Shown: positions 36,837 through 49,101, numbered from the stretch's first letter. The stretch: 64,000 nt of DNA from Oopsacas minuta (GCA_024704765.1 JAKMXF010000244.1:363905-427904); one strand, 5' to 3'. The notes: a model not told the origin generated them from the sequence alone. Program-made: numbers and translations.

Positions 36837-39834
36837 CACAGTGGCACGGCATGTGGAAATAGGTGAAAAAAATATAACCTCAAATTGCTTTATAGTGTTG
36901 ATATTTGAATTCAGCACCCCCACAAACCTCGGAAAACATTTGACATCTCTACAATAGACTTCCATTTAGCTCCTACGTCTATTCAATGAGAGCATAATTG
37001 AAATTCGAAAGATTGATTTATGGTTTCAATTTTCGGTCATGATGTAATTTTGAATAATATGGATTCTCCACGTCAAATAACTGCTATTTATAGTATACCA
37101 ATCGAAAGCTCTTATGTTGCTGAATAATAAATCACGTTAATCTTGGCTCCAATGAACAGATGGAATTTACTATTCTCATTTTAAACAAGCTTGTTCGTAC
37201 AAGTGCAATAAATAGAAACACGTTTCATTAAAAATCTAGTACTTTTTTTGCCTTCACTTGCGGAACTTTCCATTGCACTTTCCTAATAGCTCTTTTCGTC
37301 CTCTACAAAATACACTTTAAATTATGGTGTCAGGAAGTGTCAACGATATTTTTTTTTGCGATTTTAAACATAATCCATTCACAATTATCTAATTTTTGGC
37401 CCATATAAATCATAAATAATTGTTGTGGTTGTTTATTAGCACATTTTTCATTATGAATAACGAAGATGCATACACGTTCTTAACTGCACAAAAGAATAAA
37501 ACAATCACTTCTCTCGCGTCCTCGTTTATTGTCCTCAATAATTTGGAAGAAACAGAGCATGATACAGTTCGGAGAAAATTTTCGACCCTCAGAGAAGATA
37601 GGAGAGAATACCTGAAACGAGCCGATATAACTACTTGGAATGCGATACCTTTTCATACACCACTTAAACACCCGAGATTGAGTACAGGTTATCAATGCTC
37701 AGATAAAGTCATGGTGATAGGGAGTGTTTCTTCTAGCCAATCAACCTCTGTTTTCGAAGAAGATTTTAGTAAGCCCACCCGTAAGCCTCTGAGGGAATTA
37801 TCAACTAAAGGTCTTCGCAGCCGATTGTCCTCCTTACTAACACATCTTGAAAAGGTTGCTGTACAAGAGAATGTTTCCAGTAAAGAACTATCCTGTTACC
37901 TGATGATGCTATGTTCACAGACTGAATACGACTTTACTACTACCAAGTTCTGTAAAGAAATTATTGCTAAGGGAAGCTTCGGTCCAGTCTGCAATAAACT
38001 AACCTGCGATAAAGCTGCGTTCTTGATGGATTCTTTAGAAATTGGAAAGAAGAAATACATCGATTTAAGACGATTATTGCTTTCAGATGTCCAGCTTCCA
38101 GGTTACAATCGATTAGCTACCTATCGATCTCAAATTTGCTTGACTAATGACATCTTTTCAGTTGATCGAGAACATCGGGTAGGCATTGCTGTATCTTACA
38201 AAAAGCTTCTGACTCATACAGTAAACAGAATATTGACTGCTTCTGCCAATGAAATTCCCAGCGCCAGCAATCCTAAAAGGATACGAATTTCAGATGGACT
38301 TGACGGTTCTGGCTCTCACCGGGTTTATCACCAAGCGACTCACCCCAATATTTGAACAAAAAGTTTTATTTTATTCGGGTTCAAGGTGATTTCCATATCC
38401 GACACCGATAACAAACTGATTTGGAAAAACCCTCTACCAAATTCTTCTTTCTCAATTAGACCCGTTGTGATACTAGCTCTACAGGAGAACGAAGACAATA
38501 TTCGATATCTTATGGATACACTAATCAATAAGGAGTCCACAGAGATAACGGAAAAGGGTTTAGAACTAACAAGCGGATTTTGTGAAGTTGAAATTCAACG
38601 TTCACAATTGGATGGCAAAATGGCTAAGATTATTAGTGGAGCTGGGGGTGCATGTTGCCAGTTCTGCACAGCGACATTCAAACAAATCCATGATCCGGAT
38701 ATCGTAAAAGACGGTTTTCCAATTAATCGATCCATCACAGACCTGAAAGTATTATTTGATGAAGTTAACGAAGAGGAGTTTCTATCATTATCTTCTGACA
38801 ACAGATTCAACGTTACACACAGACCAATATCTGACTTAGAAATCATACCCAGTTCGCCTTTGCATGCATATCTCCGATGTTTTGGCTGGTTTTTACATCT
38901 AATTAGCCATTTGCACGCAGGAGTATTTAAGTGGTCACCAACTTCTAAGAGAGTCTCAGATGCTAAAACTTTCGTTACAAGTTTAATTAAAGACAATCTC
39001 AATATTATTATTGACATCCCTTCAACACAAGGTGGCACAACGACTACTGGTAATGTGGTAAGACGATGCTTGATAAGAAAGGATGACAACGATTAAGATT
39101 TCCTCTACTGGGTTTTGACAGTGATCCCGTCTGAGTTCAAGTCCCACATAATTGAAATTCACACATGCCTAGGAGCAATCCTACGCGTCTATAATAGCAG
39201 CAGAAGAGTGGATACAGAAGAACTAGCGCTTGTTTGCAGTAATATCTACCAGTCAATTCTCTGTGCATTTCCTTGGGCTAATGTTTCCCCGACGTTACAC
39301 AAACTGTTAGCACATGCACCGGAAATTATCTCAACGTTTAATGATGGACATGGGCTAGAGAACTTATCTGAAGAAGGACTAGAGGCTTCTAACAAATATA
39401 TTCGGAGATACAGAGATCGTCTTGCTCGCAAGTTTTCATTTGAAGAAAATTTAAAGGATGTATTTGTTCGATTGATTTCTCACAGTGATCCCATGCTTTT
39501 AATGAATCGCAAGTTTTCTATTCCAAGGCCTCCATCTAGCCAAGGACTTAGAAGTAGCCAAGATATTTTAGTGAACACCCTTATTCGTGATCATGAAGAT
39601 CATAATGATGATTAAAAGTAAACCTCTCAATCGATTAATAGAAAATTTGGGGAATTTTCACACCTCAGATAGGTGACAATGACGTCATAACTTTGTCACC
39701 TGAAGGGATAGAGAAAAATGAGTATCCTATTCGATTCGTTGGGCTCGAAAACCTAAATGACAATAATACATTTTGAGGACCTATGTGCCATCAAAATGCC
39801 TATTTCCACATTCTGACCATTTCGTGCCACTGTG
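36837..39834 (+). mobile_element. RAG1-like / Transib-lineage DNA transposon, full length (2998 bp)
   Basis: 5-bp TSD CCACA at 36832-36836 and 39835-39839. Both ends start CACAGTGGCACG and share an internal ATGTGGAAATAGG box. It contains one RAG1-core-like gene. Confidence 0.95.
37453..39615 (+). pseudogene. RAG1-like DDE transposase, 720 codons, two in-frame stops, no frameshift
   Basis: ORFs 37420-38355, 38386-39096 and 39115-39615 are in one frame. Motifs: SDGLDGSG (D1), QLDGKMAKIISGAGGACCQFC (D2 plus CxxC), SPLHAYLR, TTGNVVRR, PTLHKLLAH, LSEEGLEASNKYIRRYRDRLARK (E). Stops are TGA 38353-38355 and TAA 39094-39096. Confidence 0.92.
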
Positions 39835-40639
39835 CCACACGTTCTTAAAGAGACATGGTGATTCCACCCGTGCCTTGAGCACCTGCACTATTACTAATAT
39901 AGAAATGTTTATATCGGCCATCTGTAGGAAAGCTCACCATAGCAGTATTGTACTATAGTAGGTTTTCGTTTTTTCGGACCATATAATAGAACTTAGGTCT
40001 GGCATACACCTTACGGGGATGCCCATCCTTGGATACGAGTTTAAGTGGTTTTGAAAAAATACCTGTCTGCCAAGTGGTGAGAGAGGGAAAGCAAATGAGC
40101 GATGGGAATAACCAGAACGCTAGAGAGCATGATTACAGCAGTAAAAGTGATCGCAAATGGAGCTAGACTAAGTAGCGCTATTCTGGTGTAAATGGTCAGT
40201 ACCTAATCACCTTGCACTCCAGCACAGTAGCAGGACACATCAGCAGACGATACATATATGGACGATCTTATGACAACCCTGAGGCCTTCTTCAGCTGTGT
40301 TTGCAAACAACCTTAATGACGAATCCTACAAACTTACTACACCACCTGTTTAGAACATATGTTACACATTATATCACCATTATCTCAGGACAGTCCAAGA
40401 TTATGCAAAGTGATCCATCTTTATCATTTCTTCCACCTACATCTGCTATTCCCTGAGTATCTGACGCAACTTTACTGAGCAAGTGAGGTACAACCAATGT
40501 TTTTGCAGCCATCGTAAGCTGGATCCATTTCATGCTGACTACCTGAACCGAGTCGACGTGTCCGGTAAGATTCGGTACTTTCGTGCTTAACATTCGTTAT
40601 ATACATATATAACGAAGGTCACGGCACAAAAGTACTGAG

Positions 40640-41010
40640 TACATTTTGGTCCGAATAAATGTACTATTGATATTGAATAATAATACAAGATATTTTATCC
40701 GACGAGTCCTAGGCCGAAATGACATCATCAGATTGGCTTAACTGGAATATGTTGTAAAAAGTGCGACATTTTACAATCTCCGTTAAATGATCAATATATC
40801 TCTTGTGAACTCTAGAATTAACACCAATTGATCCAAGGATGTATTAATACAAAATATCAAAAAAATTCTATAATAAAGTTCTCAGGCACCAGAACTTTAT
40901 GTTAGAACTTCAACCAGATCACGTCATTTCTGCCTAGGACAAGTTGGATGACATATCTTGTGTTAATTATTAAATAACAATAATACATATATTCGGGCCA
41001 AATACACTAA
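40640..41010. repeat. Foldback / MITE-like element with about 100-bp diverged arms
   Basis: GG(T/C)CCGAATA.ATGTA.TATTG...CAAGATA...GTCCTAGGC.GAAATGAC.T.ATC is present in inverted orientation on both sides. Confidence 0.65.
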
Positions 41011-41329
41011 TTTGGTACTATCGTGAATAATCTATGCCTATCAAAATTTAGGGACTTTGAGTAATCTAGGTTCACCATATTATGGTCAGTGGTTTCGAAG
41101 GTCACGGCTGTGCTAATTGTTCGATATTATGCAGCTCCTATCTAGAAGGCTCCTCCATTCGAGTACTCATCAGTAACGGTATCAATGAGGCTGGTGTGCC
41201 AATGCTAGCCATATCTGGTTAAGGAATGGGTACCCTCACTTCATCCCCTTTACAAAAGTCTTGCTAAGTTTCTTGCTTGGTGGAAAGGTGACTTCTCAAT
41301 ACGTTCTGAGTGCTCTTGAGCCTCCTCAA

Positions 41330-41525
41330 CTGATCTTCTCAGAATTTCGTGCACTCCTGCAATACCAATTGGGCGCACATAAGTAATGTACTGGAGCATC
41401 GATGTACGAGTCGCCTCGGTTCAGGCAGTCAGCATGAAATAGATCCAGCTTACAATGGCAGCAAATAACAGTGCAGTTGTCATCATCTCTTATACAAGCT
41501 GGACAGATAGAATGTTCAGTAAAGT
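41330..41525 (-). pseudogene. PHD-finger fragment of a decayed TE gene; diverged inverted copy at about 40400-40560
   Basis: ICPACIRDDDNCTVICCHCKLDLFHADCLN...WYC has C4HC3-type spacing. The plus-strand copy reads CFCSHRKLDPFHADYLNR. Confidence 0.6.
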
Positions 41526-43107
41526 AGGGTCATATGAGTAGGGAATAGGGGATGCAGTTGGAAGAGATGATAGAGGTGGACCAGAGTGTAGGGATGGTCA
41601 GAGGTAATGTAGATATTAATTGTAGAATTGTTGCTTCTTGTCATCACAATTAGCTCACTCCACTCTTCTCCCCAGCTCAAAGTGTGTAATTCTGCGTAAG
41701 GTAGTGAACAGCTTAGAGATCCCAATCACCCATGGACCACATATACAAATTTCAACACATATGTGGACACCATATGCTGTAATACAAAGCTTGAGATCCT
41801 GTGGACCTATGGTCTAGAGGCATAAGGATGAAAAGATCAGTCCTGATAATTGGGGATCAATTAATAGTCCTTGTCCGGGTATGTATACTTATCCATAAGG
41901 TCAGCCAGAACACGCATCCCAACATATGATATTTCTGTAAATTAATTTCATGGTTTATTTCCTATATTCGTTGGTTTGGCAAGTTGCAGAGGCATATCCA
42001 GAGTACTATTTCTGCACCATTTGTGATCGTTTGGACTGCAATCTACCTCTCTGTCATCCCATCTCTCTCATCTCTCCACACCAAATCTAAACTGAACTTC
42101 TCAAGCCCACCTAGAATAATTTTGTTGTATAATGAAAGAAATATTCTGATTTTGGCCTGATGAATAACAATAAATAACTACAATACAACATTCTCTCTCT
42201 CTAGGTAAAAAGCAGAAAAAGAATTTGAGAGATGGAACAAGTATTATGAAAGGCCAAAACTCCGCTAACATCTAAGTAACATTGATATGGTATAAATCAT
42301 TTAGTTAGCCAATAATATTGCATGTAATTTTGAATAAATGAGTAACTTGTCGGATACTAAAATTGACCCAGCACATCTTTATATTAAAAACGCAATGTTT
42401 GTGTGTTTGGAATTGATTAACAAACTGGAAGACCCCAGGGCTGATTTTGGCATAATGGGACTGAGTCGGGCAAGTTAGAGACTTGGACCAAAATTCACAC
42501 CTATGACGAAATTATGACTTAATAGATATCTTTTGAATGTTCAAAGATCACATTGTCAGCCACTCTTCAGCCATTATAATTGATAGATGGTAAAACTTTT
42601 ATTCAGATACCCCACAATATGCCAAATATCCTGATGACATCACTTTGAACAATTGCTAACTCATCATCATGAAATTATCATTGTACAAAAATTGAATATT
42701 TCCAAATATTGAGAACTTTTAGAATGCAAGAAGCTGTCGAACAGATGCCGAGGAAGCGAAGCGCGATAGTATAGTTGCTGAATTCGGATAAACCTCCGTT
42801 AAATTTCTGCTATAATATATTAACTACAGTAAAACCAGAATCAGTTAAGCGAATTGTGTCATTTTCACCAATTTATTCATTGTCCCAGGGATTGTGAGAG
42901 GTAGAAAAAGATATACATCTTAATTCTGTTAGTAAGATATTTACGTGATGCACATGTTGAATGATATTCAAAAATCTATGTGTCACATACAATCGGATCA
43001 TGATTGAAATGTTATAGCAATTGGATTAATATTTCAATTATTGCTGAAATACATCATTTTTAGTATTTTTGGTATATACAAATACATCAGTGGTGATACG
43101 GCTACCA

Positions 43108-46100
43108 CACAGTGTGGACCCGGTAATAGGTGAAAATATGAAATTGATATTTATCAAACCTTATGCTTGTATTCGATTCTACACTATAGTGTCGGTTAAA
43201 AAGAATTACTCAGAATAAATTTACCCCAATTTCTTATATCTATGACTGAATTTAACAATGCTTTATTATAATCAAGTAAATTGTTGTCAGCATATAGTAG
43301 AACCTCCTCTTGCTTGAATTACGGCTTTACATCTTTGCGGCCTACTCTCAATTAGAGTATGGAGCCTGTTAATGTCGATGTTATCCCAAGTGCAAAATAT
43401 GGCATTCCACAACTCTGAATGGTTGGATGGGCTTTTCTCTTGAATTCTGAGTGAAATGTGATCCCAAAGATTCTCAATCGGATTTAGGTCAGGTGACTGA
43501 GCAGGCCAATTCATAACCTCTATTTTGTGATCACCAAACCATTGCATAGTACCCTTTGACCTATGGCATGGGGCGTTGTCTTGCTGAAAGGTCCATCCAG
43601 AATGTAGAGAATGCAACTTAACGCTTGGGATTAGAGCATTTTCCAATATATCAATGTAAGAATTTGTCTTGAGGTTCCAGATACTTTCCACAAGAGTCCT
43701 ACGCCACTCCAGCAAAAGCATCCCCATACCATGATGCCACCTCTACCAAACCTGCAAGTTTTTTGAAGACACCTCTCTGAGAACTTCTCCCCTTTCATCC
43801 TCCTTACGTAGGCTCTCCCGTCATTAGTATACAGAAGGAACCTAGATTCCTCACTGAACATAACTCTTGCTCATTCTTCAGTATTCCAATTCTTGTGCGA
43901 TCTTGTGAAGGAAAGTCGGTCTCTTTTGTGCTTGGTAGTAAGGCGGGGCTTCCTTCGCGATTTTCGTCCGAACAGTCCAGCCCCTCGTAACCTTCTCTGA
44001 ACTGTTGAAGTGGAAAGTTTTATCGAATATTCTAATAACACTTCAACTTTGATCTGAGTAGCAGTCTTAAATCGATCCTTTTTCATTTTCTGACCAATAA
44101 ATTGTCTTGCCTTTTGGTTGTGAAATGAGGCCTACCCGGAAAAGCGAGGTCTCTTACACTGCCAGTTAGCCTGTGTTTCTTAAGGATCTCGGTTACACTT
44201 TTTTGGCTACACCCAACCAATTTAGCTACCTCCCTCTGAGTATGGCCACTTTCTGAAAGTAGTATCAGGTTGGCTCGATTTTCAATGGAAATTCGGGGCT
44301 TAGGAGGCAATGAAAATTCGATAAAAACAGATAAATTGGAAAAAAAGAATACAAAATAAAAACTGTAAGTTGTGCAAATATAATGAGTGGATTAGGTGTG
44401 TTGGTGTGTTACTTGTCAAAATACATATGGCTGAGTATTTTTTTGCAAGAATTCAACTATCTGATAATGTATACAATTTGACATTTACTATACTGTATAC
44501 ATTCATTTTGAACAATTCTTTTTGGTCCGCACTGCATTTCTGACCAAGAATTTTGATATAATTATTTCCCTTGTAGAATAATAAGATGCCTATGATAGCC
44601 TCAAACATAAGGATAATTTAGTAATTTCCATATCTCAAAAACGGCAAATAACTTTTGCTCAAAGTTGTTGCTATCTTTGAATACAGTCACTTTAATGTGA
44701 ACTATATAATCGTATATCTGTTTGACATACAATCCTTAATTGATTTGAACTATTTTTAACCACAAAAACACCAAATATTAAATTTATGAATTTCTGTGTT
44801 GGCCTAAATCAGATAATTTCCTCTAAAGTACCCAAAGTTTATAGTTGCCGATCGTATAATGGAAGCAATTGCAAATTTCTGGCACTTTAGTATTGTTCAT
44901 GGATATAACATTCATTTTCAACAATTTCTAGACCCACTCAAAGGTGTCCAAATATATTTCCATGGCAAATAATAATTGGAGTCAAAGATGTCCAACAAAA
45001 CATGCTTTAGGCCCTATTGTAGAACAAAGCCATTGCGCCAAATTGCCTTATATCTTAAAATGAATATAGGTGCATAATAATGTTTATTGATATTCCTTAC
45101 ATATGTAGTAATGATAAGAATCTGCATTATAGTCTACAATTTCACAAATGAGTGAATATATAACTAACAAGGGAGCCTATGATACTTTTGGGGCCAACGA
45201 TAAAGGTATGGCTAAGTAAATCAGTATTCTAATCGAACACCACAATCTTTTGGTGCAGGATAGCCAAATAGTTCGTCACAAATTCAATGCACTCCACAAA
45301 TCTAGGGAATACTCCCGAAAAAGGAATTATCTATATACCTTGGATAATGTGCATTTCATCCTTTCCCATTAAAGGAGAAGCATCCTGGTAAAAACGTATT
45401 TCAGAATATTCTAGTTCTGAGGACCTTCCTACAGTTTCAATATCTGATGTTTAAGTATTTTCCGAATTTACCACTGTGGATTCGAGGAAACACATTGTAA
45501 ATTGTAATGTGAAAACTTCAAGAGCTAGACTAAAGGTGCTACTTGAACATATTAACATTATTTTGGATAGAGGGGAAGTCGAACCTAAAAAGACAATTGC
45601 TCTAGCTTTGGAATAGACATCCAATGAAACTTATGATCTGAATACTTCAAGTGTATATAGAGAAATAACTGGAACAAGTTCACATGCTAAAGCTGTCACT
45701 AAGGTATCACTTCCAAAATGAGCATATTTGTTAGACCTCTTAGAAATTGGAGCAACAAGATATTCTGAGATCAAAGTCTTGAAGGGCGAAGAGGTAAAAT
45801 TACCATCTTACAAATCTATTTCGCTATTTCGTAGACAAATATCTTTAGCTGATGAACTGAGAATAGTAAATAATCCCGAAGGTTTTCAGTTGGAATAGCA
45901 ATATCTTATCATTCAATTCTTTCTCTCACTTGTGATTCAACGTATCCTGAATAGCTTAGATTCAATTTTAGATTAACAATATCCTCTCGCTGTAGAGTTG
46001 TCAGATGGGCTTGATGGGCTTTGTACACATCACATCTACAATCAAATCAATCTAAATCCGAATCTATTTACTAAAAGCTTCATTCCGTTTGGATTTAAGG

Positions 46101-47315
46101 TGCTTAGAATTACAGATGCCGATCAAAATGACGTATTCTTCAACAAGTTTCCAACTCGCCTTTTTCTATCAGACCAGTAACTTTAGTATCTCTTAAAGAA
46201 GATTATAGTAATGTAAAACTCATTATAGATACTTTGACTAAGCCAAAATTGAGAACATCGTGAATTATGGTATTACTTTAGGTAGCAGACAAGTGAAATT
46301 TAAAATTTTGTTCTCTTTTTAATACAAAGATGGCTGGTCTCCTGAATGGCGCTCGAGGTGCTTCATGTCATCTTTGTACACCAACAGACTTCCAAATAAA
46401 AGCTTAGAATTGGTTGTATCTGGATTCCCCATTAACAGATTTGTCAAGTATGCATATGCGATTTTTAGTGAAGTTAATGAGGAAGAGTTTTTGAAATAAT
46501 CCTCTCAACAACTTGTTGGAAAAACTCACCCACCAACTTCCAACATTGACATCATAACGGCCTCTCTACTACACGCATATCTTTGTGTCTTCAAGTGGTT
46601 CTTAAACCTCATTTACGACGTAGACTCAGGTTACAAAGGATGATCGCCAAGTAACATCAAGGTGCAAGGGTCAATGAAACGGATTAGATCTATAATTGAG
46701 GATAAGTATAGTACTGGTGTGGACATTTCTTCAGGCCATGGCGGTACTTCGACAACTGGAAATGTGGCGCATGACTGTTTTATGGATAAGAGAGATTTCC
46801 TGAAATGGGCTGCATCTTCAATTGATCCCATTCATAAACCAGCACTTGAAATATTTCAGATCAATTTGTCAGTCATTTTGAGAAGGGTCAACAATGGTGA
46901 ACAGAACAACTATATTAAGTTGGAGGAACTGTACAAAGAAACATATCATTTCACTCTAAAAGAGTTCCCTTGGGTAACCATTACACCTTCCTTACATAAA
47001 TTGCTTCCCCATTCTTTCCAAATAATTCATCTGCATAATGGAGACTACGGTTTGAAAAACTTAAAAATCTTTCAGAACAGTGCCTAGAAGCCTGCAACAA
47101 GTATGCACCGGCGTTTTCGTGAAAGTTTAGCTCTTAAGACAGCATTTAGTAACAATGTACGTGATGAATTAGTCTGGATATTGTGCAATAGTGATCTAAT
47201 ACTAGTAGAAAATCGTTTCAAAACAACAAAGGCAACAGTCATCCCAGCTACTAATAGCATATACGATACTTCATTCAATAACATACTTATAGAAATTCTA
47301 TCAATAGTAGTCTAG
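43108..47315 (+). mobile_element. Second RAG1-like transposon, old and degenerate; CDS relic about 45148-47315 with a Tc1 inserted in the 5' region
   Basis: Fragments DGLDG, KSFIPFGFKV, KMAGLLNGARGASCHLC, GTSTTGNVA, FPWVTITPSLHKLLPH, LEACNK align along element 1. Putative left end CACAGTG at 43108 gives a 5' leader of about 690 bp without the Tc1, versus 616 bp in element 1. Right end not found. Confidence 0.8.
43187..44534 (-). mobile_element. Tc1-like element, frameshifted
   Basis: HTH region GRP, FSEESRF, GIMVWGCF, FQQDNAPCH, WPAQSPDLNPIENLW (DD34E). Diverged TIRs (c/t)AGTG..GG..AAAAAGAATT. Confidence 0.9.
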
Positions 47316-47543
47316 TCTATAACTCTTTAGTTTCAATAATACTACGCATATACTGTTTTAGTAAGAAAAATACATAATAATGTTTGCTTACTCTCTATGA
47401 ATATAATGGTTTAATTATTCATTATTATAATTATTACCGACCCATAAATTCGTTTAATTAAATTTTAAATGATGACATCATTTTCGGACATTTTTGAGGT
47501 GTTAGCAAAATTTTAACAATTATATAAAATTGCTGCAATGATA

Positions 47544-48903
47544 CACAGCGTGAACAAAAGTATTCGTACCCCTCAAATTACAGATATTTACTACGTATTG
47601 TATATATCATACGTAGAGAAAACTAAAACTACACACTCAACTATGACTAAAATTAGAAGATGAGTTCATGTATATATCCTAATACTATCATAATTAGAAG
47701 AGGTATAGTTCCAACTTTAGTACCTTGTTTGCATGCCCTTCGATTCTTTTAAAGCAAGGCGACATCATTATTGGTACATCTTTTTGTTGAAACCATTTGT
47801 GAGTTTGTGTGGCTCGATGCGCAGAGGTGTTGTCTTGTTAAAAAATCGGTGAGGTGCAATTTTCTAAAATTTGAAGATAAAAAAAACGAGCAAATTTCGA
47901 CAAAATATTCTAAATATATGATGAAGAATTCATTCTTTCATTAACTACATAACAGGGTCCAAGAACGTTTCCGATAAACAGCCCCAAGCCATTATTGAAC
48001 CACCATCTCCTTGTATACTTTTTCGGAGACATTCTGGAAGATAGCGTTCGTTTGGTTGTCGCCACACCTTTTGTCTCGCATCCAAATAAAATAGTCTAAA
48101 TCTACTTTCATCGGACCAGATCACCTTGTACCATTGCTCAATACCCCAACTACCATGTAACTTATAAAATTTTAACTTGTTTACTCTATTTTTTTCTGAT
48201 AATAGGGGCTTTTTCTTCGGAATATGCGGCGTAAATCCGAGCCATCAGACGTCGTCGAATAGCCTTCGAGCAAACGGGGTTGGTAACAGTAGATCGGTTG
48301 AATTCGGTAGTGATATGGGATAAAGTTTTCCACCTGTTTGTTCTCACAGTCGCTTTAAGCCTCCTGAGGGCCCGTGGTGATAATAAATTGGATCTCCCAG
48401 AACGAGGTTTATTGTTAGTGGTCCAAGAGGTTTTCCACCGAATAATGATGGACTGAACTGTCGACTTAGGGACAAGATAATATTGTAGAAATACTTTGTA
48501 AGAATTTCCACCTTTTTTCAATCCAATAATCTGCTGTCTAACATCTTGAGAAATTTCTTTCTTTTTCGTCATAACCAGAGTGACCGAATAAAGTACCATA
48601 ATAAATAACAGAAAGAATCATAGGGGGTTATCTAAAGGTTTGGGTACAATTATAGACTGTCAAACCTCTAAATGTTGCTATTTTCAGCATATGCATAAGA
48701 ACATTAAAACAGTTATAAATATTAGAGACTGCTCTACTAGTACATTCAGATTTATTCGCCTATTGATATTAAAGCCAACTGACGGATTTACCTTCTTGGA
48801 TGGCATCTTAAAATGTATATTCACAGTAATTTTGAAATCATATAAATTATATATATATCATAACATAGTATCAAAAGGTACGAATACTTTTGTTCACGCA
48901 GTG
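47544..48903 (-). mobile_element. Tc1-like element, degenerate and 3'-deleted transposase
   Basis: 27-bp TIR CAC(A/T)GCGTGAACAAAAGTATTCGTACC with TA TSD. Paired-like N-terminus with RSGR, plus IWSDESRF and QDNTSAH. Confidence 0.9.
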
Positions 48904-49013
48904 TATTGCCATTATGCAGTTAGCAATGAAGTACTATATAATGGAAATTGAAAACGAAGATCATTGTAAAGAGAAATGATCTAAAGTGAATAAAAATATT
49001 TGAGATCACTGAT

Positions 49014-49101
49014 GAATTTCCCTTTACACTTAGTTGCCGACCGTTCACATTCAGAAAAAAGAGGATGTGAACTGTTGGCAACAAGTGTAAAGGGGAAATT
49101 C
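49014..49101. repeat. Imperfect hairpin, about 37-bp arms and a 14-nt loop
   Basis: GAATTTCCCTTTACACTTAGTTGCCGACCGTTCACAT...ATGTGAACTGTTGGCAACAAGTGTAAAGGGGAAATTC. Confidence 0.8.

Noticed and set aside
38353-39096. Stop-codon readthrough or alternative genetic code in the RAG1-like ORF
   Set aside because: The two stops differ (TGA, TAA), and the Chapaev ORF and UBR4 exons read normally in the standard code; nonsense mutation or sequence error is simpler.
39835-42500. RAG2-like gene paired with the RAG1-like ORF (ProtoRAG layout)
   Set aside because: The TSD-defined element ends 219 bp after the RAG1L stop, no kelch-like ORF is visible, and the nearby PHD relics are outside the element with canonical spacing.
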